Shown: piece by piece, positions 27,041 to 32,000 of the stretch
Layout: every line of letters starts with the position of its first letter
How positions within the stretch are numbered: the stretch's first letter is position 1
DNA from: Aquifex aeolicus VF5
GTDB lineage: Bacteria; Aquificota; Aquificia; Aquificales; Aquificaceae
Assembly (NCBI RefSeq): GCF_000008625.1
Contig: NC_000918.1
Span: forward strand, 930,001-962,000
DNA: 32,000 nt
Reading direction: 5' to 3'
Notes under the pieces: generated by a model
Seen by the model: only the letters and a program-made list of their open reading frames with translations
Told to the model about the DNA's origin: nothing
The model's database searches: none
Position numbers and translations under genes: made by a program

Positions 27041-27741
27041 TGGGACTTTTAAAGAGGCTTTTGAGAGTTGTAAGGGCGGAAGCCCATTCGGTTGTAGAAA
27101 AGCTTGAGGACCCTATAAAAATAACCGAAGAGGGATTGAGGGAACTCAGGAAGCAGTTAAAAGAGGCTATGGAAGCCTTGGCACAGGTAAAGGCAAGCCA
27201 GATAAGGTTTGAGAGGGAAGCCAGAAACGAAAAGGAAAGGGCCAAGGCACTCGTGAAGAAAGCCGAAAGCCTTTTACTCCAAGCACAGGAAGGAAAGATA
27301 TCACCCGAAGAGGCAGAAAAACTCGCCGCGGAACTCATCCAGAAGGCTGAACTCCACGAAAAAAACGCAAGAAGACTGGAAGAAGAGGCAAAGAGACAGA
27401 GGGAAATGGCGGTTAAACTTCAGGCAAAGATTGACGAGCTCAAGGTCCAGATCGCAAAGTACGAGGCCGAACTAAAAACACTAAAGGCGAGACTCGCTAC
27501 CGCAAGAGCGGTAAAAAAGGTAAACAAGCAAATTGCGAAAGTTGACCCTTCCGATACGATAGCCATGCTCGAGAGAATGAAGGAAAAGGTAGAAGAAGAA
27601 GAGACGCTTGCACAGGCTTACGAGGAACTTGCAAAACAGGAAGTAGCACTGGACGTGGAAAGCGAAGCGGAAAAGAAGTTAAAGGAAGTGGAGAGTAAAC
27701 AGAAGTTAGAAGAATTGAAGAAGAGACTCGGTCTTTCCTGA
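27040..27741 (+). CDS. pspA: Phage shock protein A / IM30 (Vipp1) family, ESCRT-III-like membrane remodelling protein
   Basis: About 233 aa, starting MGLLKRLLRVVRAEAHSVVEKLEDPIKITEEGLRELRKQL, the canonical PspA N-terminus (compare E. coli MGIFSRFADIV...LLEKAEDP). The rest is a continuous heptad-rich coiled coil. GAAGGAGG SD lies 6 nt upstream of ATG 27040; the track uses GTG 27037. Confidence 0.9.
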   Translation: MGLLKRLLRVVRAEAHSVVEKLEDPIKITEEGLRELRKQLKEAMEALAQVKASQIRFEREARNEKERAKALVKKAESLLLQAQEGKISPEEAEKLAAELIQKAELHEKNARRLEEEAKRQREMAVKLQAKIDELKVQIAKYEAELKTLKARLATARAVKKVNKQIAKVDPSDTIAMLERMKEKVEEEETLAQAYEELAKQEVALDVESEAEKKLKEVESKQKLEELKKRLGLS

Positions 27742-27742
27742 G

Positions 27743-28273
27743 ATGGGATTTCTTGAGAGGATAAAGAAACTCTTTTCGAAGGAAGAAGAAAAGCAGGAAG
27801 AAAGCATTCTCTCCAATCCTCTGGAAAGACTGAAAAAGGGGGACATAATCGAAATAGACGGGGAGACGTGGGAGGTTACGGACGTTGCTCTTTATGATTA
27901 CGGGGCGAGTAAAGAAAAGGAGTGGGAAATTCGTTCCGCCTCCCGCAGAGGATTTTTGAGCCTTGAGGAGGGAAAGATATACTTCTTTGAAGAAATTGAC
28001 CCAGAAGAACTGGAACCCGATCCGGGAGAGCATTTTAGAAAGTACGGAAAACCTCCGGAGTATGTAACCTACAAAGGAAAGAGGTACAGGCTAAAGTACG
28101 CGGGAAAGGCAAAGTACATTAAGAACCTCGAGAGTTATCCCGTAACCATCTGGGAGTTCAGGAGCGAAGACGGAGAAATGATAGACCTTGAGATTTGGGA
28201 TGAGTACGAAATTGAAGCCTACAAAGGGAGAGAACTACAGGAATGGGAAATTGAGAGTATTCTTCCTCGTTAG
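27743..28273 (+). CDS. DUF4178 domain protein
   Basis: 176 aa. After a short amphipathic N-terminus, the segment GDIIEIDGETWEVTDVALYDYG...KEWEIRSASRRGFLSLEEGKIYFF fits the DUF4178 pattern (G..y.V.g...W.Ey.L..g...WLs.e). The start is 1 nt after the pspA stop. Confidence 0.7.
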   Translation: MGFLERIKKLFSKEEEKQEESILSNPLERLKKGDIIEIDGETWEVTDVALYDYGASKEKEWEIRSASRRGFLSLEEGKIYFFEEIDPEELEPDPGEHFRKYGKPPEYVTYKGKRYRLKYAGKAKYIKNLESYPVTIWEFRSEDGEMIDLEIWDEYEIEAYKGRELQEWEIESILPR

Positions 28274-28757
28274 CCTATTACTCTTTCTCCTTTCCTGCTC
28301 CTCTCCAAAAGAGGTAAAGGGAAAACCTGAAGAGTTTTTCTTAAAGAACTACGAAAAGGGTATTTACAGATACGCGATTTTAGAAAATAAGCCACAGGAC
28401 ACGGAATACTGCAAGGTCCATCTAAAAGATCTTATAAAGGAAGGTGAGTACATCTTGAGTCTTCCCTCCCGCTACAAGGTGGAAAGGGAAAAATTGAGCA
28501 CAAAGCTTTACTGCGAACTCTTTTCCAAGGGAAGGTTTCTGGAGGTTGCGGGAGAAAGGTTTACACCTCCTTCCGCTCTAAAGGTGGTGACCTTCGTAGA
28601 GTTAAAGGAGGGTTTGTTCCTCTGGTTTCTTGAAAGGGTTCGTGCTCAGGGCGGTGGTGGCGGGGGGATAATATTCCTTCCACTGCCCATTCCGTGGGGA
28701 GGAGGGTACAATTACGAGGGTAGGTACAGAACTCCGACGGGGAGGTACGGAAAGTGA
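28251..28757 (+). CDS. Lipoprotein with a Gly-rich C-terminal tail, function unknown
   Basis: TTG at 28251 gives MRVFFLVSLLLFLLSC, a textbook lipoprotein signal with an LLSC lipobox. The track start TTG 28188 or ATG 28200 would add a long basic n-region. The C-terminus is GGGGGGIIFLPLPIPWGGGYNYEGRYRTPTGRYGK. It overlaps the DUF4178 gene by 23 nt. Confidence 0.6.
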   Translation: MRVFFLVSLLLFLLSCSSPKEVKGKPEEFFLKNYEKGIYRYAILENKPQDTEYCKVHLKDLIKEGEYILSLPSRYKVEREKLSTKLYCELFSKGRFLEVAGERFTPPSALKVVTFVELKEGLFLWFLERVRAQGGGGGGIIFLPLPIPWGGGYNYEGRYRTPTGRYGK

Positions 28758-29560
28758 GCGGATTCTTAATAGCCCTTTTCTGGGTAATTTTTTCTAAGTA
28801 CGTTTTTGACGTGCTCTTTTTCAGAGAAGCAAAGATTGAAAGGGAAATTTTCGGGAATAAGAACCTTGCACTTTCCCTGTCTTACGCGGGTTACTTTCTG
28901 GGACTTGCCTTTTCCTTTTACAGCGTTTACTTTTACGAGAGTCTTTTCAGGGAAGTTCTTTACCTGATTTTCGTGAGCTTTACACTCCTTCTCGGAGTTT
29001 ACATATTTGACCTCATCTTTTTGAGGAAAATAGACCTGAAAGAAGAAATTCTTAGGGGAAACGCAGGTGCGGGGATCACGCAGGGCATTTACTTTCTTTC
29101 CCTCGGTATTTTGATATCCGCTTCCTTCTGGAGAAAGGAGAGCTTCATCCTTTCGGTAATCTACTCCTTAATTTACCTTTCGCTCGGTATGGTTATGCTC
29201 TTTATTTCCACGCTTTTAATGTCCAGACTCCTTAAACTTAACTTTGAGGAAGAAGTAAAGAAGGAAAACTTTTCCGCTTCCCTCGTGCTTGGAAGTATAA
29301 CTCTTGGCGTTTCCGTCGTTTTATACGGTGCGATATCGGGAGAGTTCATGGGAAGCCTTATTTTTGACTTGTTCTCAACTGTCCTTTACTTCGTCGTTTC
29401 TCAGGTACTGATGGTGATTTTTTACGTTGTCGTTGAGTTTTTACTGTTCAGGAAAGTTATTCTTTCCTCAGAGGTTTACGAGAATAACCTTAGTGCCTCC
29501 CTTATACTGAGTGCTACATTCATAGCGAGTGCCTTCATAACCCTTGCGGTTATGGGATGA
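28754..29560 (+). CDS. Integral membrane protein with four tandem DUF350 (YjfL-like) units
   Basis: 268 aa, about 8 TM helices. Four spaced copies of the DUF350-type loop motif occur: EIFGNKNLALSLSYAG, EILRGNAGAGITQG, VKKENFSASLVLGS and VYENNLSASLILSA. The GTG start overlaps the upstream stop (GTGA). Confidence 0.75.
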   Translation: MSGFLIALFWVIFSKYVFDVLFFREAKIEREIFGNKNLALSLSYAGYFLGLAFSFYSVYFYESLFREVLYLIFVSFTLLLGVYIFDLIFLRKIDLKEEILRGNAGAGITQGIYFLSLGILISASFWRKESFILSVIYSLIYLSLGMVMLFISTLLMSRLLKLNFEEEVKKENFSASLVLGSITLGVSVVLYGAISGEFMGSLIFDLFSTVLYFVVSQVLMVIFYVVVEFLLFRKVILSSEVYENNLSASLILSATFIASAFITLAVMG

Positions 29561-31038
29561 GTGTTTCTACAGCTTTAAAGCTCTGTATTTTCTTTACTGG
29601 TTTTGCGGGAATAGTTGCCGAGTACTCCCTTGCCACTCTGGCTACTTACCTCCTCGGAAACGCGGTTCTCCAGTGGAGCGTGGTGATTTCCATCTTCCTG
29701 CTTTCTATGGGCCTTGGCTCTCACGCGAGCAGGTATATTCCTGATGATAAAACACCTCTCGCTTTTGTCCTCGCGGAACTCTTCCTCTCCCTCCTCGTTC
29801 CCTTTTCCGTTCCCATAGCCTATCACTTCGCAAATAACTTCCTTCACCTCCAGACGGTTATTTACGGACTTTCCTTCGTTATAGGGAGCTTAATAGGTCT
29901 GGAAATTCCCCTGGCTGTTCGTATAAACAACATGTACGAAGAACTCAAGGTAAATATATCTTCCGTGCTCGAGAAGGATTACCTTGGCTCAGTTCCAGCG
30001 GGACTACTTTACGCATACCTTTTTCTCCCTAAACTCGGTCTTCCCCTAACGGCTATTCTCGCGGGATTTTTCAACTTAATTTCTGCATTTTTACTGGTAA
30101 AGGTATTAAAACCGAAAAAGTTTTTAAAGTTTTTGGCGATTTTTACTTTCTTTTTACTCGCAACTTACGCAGTTGGACACAAGAGGATAACACTCTACGA
30201 AGAGCAGAAGTTTTACGGAGAGGAGATAATCCACTTTGAGCAAACCCCTTACCAGAAGATAGTTTTAACACGGTTTGGAAAACACTACTCTTTATACTTG
30301 GACGGACACCTCCAGTTCTCAACACTTGATGAAAAACGCTATCACGAGACGCTCGTTCACGTTCCCGCCTCTTTTTTAAAAAGATATGAAAAGGCTCTAA
30401 TACTCGGCGGAGGGGACGGACTGGCTTTAAGAGAACTCAGGAAATACCCTTTCGGGGAAATACACCTCGTTGATCTGGACCCTAAAATGATTGAGTTTTC
30501 AAAAAAGAATCTCGTTATGAGGAAAATTAACGAAAACAGCTTTTACGACACGAGGTTAAAGGTATTTTCGGAGGACGCCTTTAACTTTGTAAAAAAGACA
30601 AAAGAGAAGTATGATTTCGTGATTGTGGACCTCATAGACCCCAGAACCCCATCAAGTGCGAGAGTTTACTCCCTGGAGTTTTACATGTCTTTGAAAAACA
30701 AACTAAAAGAAGACGGCATTTTCATAACTCAGGCGGGAGACACTTTCTACAAGAGGGAGGTGTTCTGTTCCATTCTAAAAACTATTAAGAAGGCGGGATT
30801 TTACGCGTACCCTTTAGTTGTGTACATCCCTACCTTTGGCGAGTGGGGGATGGTTATAGGGAGTAAAGAGCCTTTAAACTTTGAGAACTTTGAACTCAAG
30901 GAAAAAACCGAGTTCCTGAACAGGGAAAGGGCTTTAGCCTTTTACACACTCGGGAAGAGTTTGGAGTGCCCGAATGTGGAAGTAAACACTTTACTGAAAC
31001 CCGTGCTTATTTATTATTACTACAAAATACAAAATTAA
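29557..31038 (+). CDS. Membrane-anchored spermidine/spermine synthase-like aminopropyltransferase (about 7 TM helices plus a SpeE domain)
   Basis: 493 aa. The first 210 or so residues are hydrophobic helices. The C-terminal domain has YQKIVL, LDGHLQFSTLDEKRYHETLVH, ILGGGDGLALRE, HLVDLDPKMIE, DAFNFV, YDFVIVDLIDP and DGIFITQAG, which match SpeE-family dcSAM and polyamine binding motifs. The ATG overlaps the upstream stop (ATGA). Confidence 0.88.
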   Translation: MSVSTALKLCIFFTGFAGIVAEYSLATLATYLLGNAVLQWSVVISIFLLSMGLGSHASRYIPDDKTPLAFVLAELFLSLLVPFSVPIAYHFANNFLHLQTVIYGLSFVIGSLIGLEIPLAVRINNMYEELKVNISSVLEKDYLGSVPAGLLYAYLFLPKLGLPLTAILAGFFNLISAFLLVKVLKPKKFLKFLAIFTFFLLATYAVGHKRITLYEEQKFYGEEIIHFEQTPYQKIVLTRFGKHYSLYLDGHLQFSTLDEKRYHETLVHVPASFLKRYEKALILGGGDGLALRELRKYPFGEIHLVDLDPKMIEFSKKNLVMRKINENSFYDTRLKVFSEDAFNFVKKTKEKYDFVIVDLIDPRTPSSARVYSLEFYMSLKNKLKEDGIFITQAGDTFYKREVFCSILKTIKKAGFYAYPLVVYIPTFGEWGMVIGSKEPLNFENFELKEKTEFLNRERALAFYTLGKSLECPNVEVNTLLKPVLIYYYYKIQN

Positions 31039-31063
31039 CACTTTTAAACTAAATTAATATAAC

Positions 31064-32000
31064 ATGGAAAAGGTATTGGCAGAGGAAAGGATTGACCTCG
31101 GAAGATACGACGAGAGATTTTACGCAATTGTGGGAAGGGGAGACGAAAACATAAAGTTCTTCTCCAAGTTCTTCGACGTGAGGATAGTCCCGAGGGGAAC
31201 TGAACTCATAATAAAGGGAGAGGAAGACAAGGTAAGGGAGTTCGTAAACTTCTTAAAGGCTGTTTTGAAGAGGCTCGAGCACGAAAGGCTCACCGCGGAG
31301 GAAGTGAAAGAGTACGCAAAACAGTTTTTGAAGAGCGTGGAAGCATACAAAATTGAGGAACAACCGGGCAGGGAAGAGAAAGAACTTGAAGAGGAAGTAA
31401 TACTCATAACCCACAGAAAGAAGGCAATAGTTCCCAAGACCGAAACCCAAAAGAAGTACGTAGAAGCCATAAAGAAGAACGACATAGTGTTCGGTATAGG
31501 TCCCGCAGGTACGGGAAAAACATACCTCGCTATGGCTATGGCCCTCCAGCACCTCAAGGAAGGTAAGGTAAACAAGATCATCTTAACGAGACCAGCGGTA
31601 GAGGCGGGAGAAAAGCTCGGATTCCTTCCGGGAACTATAGCTGAAAAGGTTCACCCTTACCTCACTCCACTCTACGACGCCCTATACGATATGGTGGACT
31701 ACGACAAGGCTAACTACATGCTTGAAAGAAACATAATAGAGATAGCTCCCCTTGCCTTTATGAGAGGAAGAACCTTAAACGATGCCTTCATAATCCTCGA
31801 TGAAGCACAAAACGCAACCAGGGACCAGATGAAGATGTTTTTAACGAGGATAGGATTTGGCTCTAAGGCAGTAATCACCGGTGACGTTACGCAGATAGAC
31901 CTTCCCAAGAAAAAAGAGTCTGGACTAATAGAAGCTATGGAAGTTCTCAAAAACATAGAAGGTATAGAGTTTATATTCTTCAAACAAACGGACGTTGTGA
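31064..32000 (+). CDS. phoH: PhoH-like ATPase (PhoH/YbeZ family), 3'-truncated by the window edge
   Basis: This ORF is missing from the track because it runs off the window. My translation from ATG 31064 reads MEKVLAEERIDLGRYDERFYAIVGRGDENIKFF... It contains Walker A GPAGTGKTYLAMA, LTRPAVEAGEKLGFLPG, IILDEAQN and TGDVTQIDLP. Confidence 0.93.
   Translation, partial: MEKVLAEERIDLGRYDERFYAIVGRGDENIKFFSKFFDVRIVPRGTELIIKGEEDKVREFVNFLKAVLKRLEHERLTAEEVKEYAKQFLKSVEAYKIEEQPGREEKELEEEVILITHRKKAIVPKTETQKKYVEAIKKNDIVFGIGPAGTGKTYLAMAMALQHLKEGKVNKIILTRPAVEAGEKLGFLPGTIAEKVHPYLTPLYDALYDMVDYDKANYMLERNIIEIAPLAFMRGRTLNDAFIILDEAQNATRDQMKMFLTRIGFGSKAVITGDVTQIDLPKKKESGLIEAMEVLKNIEGIEFIFFKQTDVV

Noticed and set aside
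27033-28033. Minus-strand ORFs 27033..27338 (101 aa) and 27497..28033 (178 aa), antisense to pspA and the DUF4178 gene
   Set aside because: Their Ser/Phe/Leu-rich low-complexity translations are shadows of the purine-rich (GAA/AAG/GAG) sense strand. They have no SD, and the sense genes have strong family signatures.
28662-28667. G6 homopolymer in the lipoprotein gene, and the A8 run at 4013..4020 in nuoL, as phase-variation tracts
   Set aside because: Both are in frame, encoding Gly-Gly and Lys-Lys, and are short. Nothing in the sequence indicates switching. The G6 run is mentioned only as context in the lipoprotein finding.
31120-31983. Minus-strand ORFs 31120..31581, 31253..31552 and 31714..31983
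   Set aside because: They lie antisense to a clear PhoH-like gene on the plus strand. The track omits that gene because it runs off the window. The minus-strand products are low-complexity.

Overview
Interpretation is by eye from the sequence and the ORF track; no searches or computations were run, and family names come from recognised motifs. The window is a very compact, almost gap-free bacterial chromosome segment. It has moderate GC, AGG/AGA/AAG/GAG-rich codon usage, strong GGAGG-type Shine-Dalgarno sites on internal genes and many 1-4 nt gene overlaps. This resembles an Aquificae-type hyperthermophile (Aquifex-like), which is an inference.

Gene content in order:
- 3' part of nuoD followed directly by nuoH-I-J-K-L-M-N, with no nuoEFG; then ispD.
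- Minus strand: mobB plus a triple zinc-ribbon protein.
- A rhomboid protease, then a Ski2/Hel308-like DEIH helicase (minus).
- Plus-strand chain: moeB/thiF-like E1, a GltP-type symporter, an efflux adaptor and a TolC-like outer membrane factor.
- Minus strand: pyrG, a small Cys-rich ORF and a ttuA-like tRNA 2-thiolase.
- An SDR sugar epimerase.
- A long minus-strand chain: thioredoxin-fold lipoprotein, HAD phosphatase, tRNA-Leu(UAG), tig, clpP, clpX and a Memo-like AmmeMemoRadiSam-B protein.
- A tightly coupled plus-strand block at 26652-31038, then the 5' part of phoH.

The 26652-31038 block is the most interesting region. It encodes a DUF2170/YbjN-like protein, PspA/IM30, a DUF4178 protein, a Gly-tailed lipoprotein, a 4x DUF350 membrane protein and a membrane-anchored spermidine-synthase-like enzyme. 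I read it as an uncharacterised PspA-polyamine membrane module with yjfIJKLMC-like architecture.

Other notable points:
- Two genes (tig and the DUF2170-like gene) look interrupted by a single missing base.
- A perfect 12-nt tandem duplication sits at the adaptor/TolC junction.
- Operon-first genes lack SD sites and have -10-like hexamers 6-8 nt upstream of the ATG.
- All four convergent gene pairs overlap at their stop codons.
- No CRISPR array, transposase, integrase or rRNA was seen.
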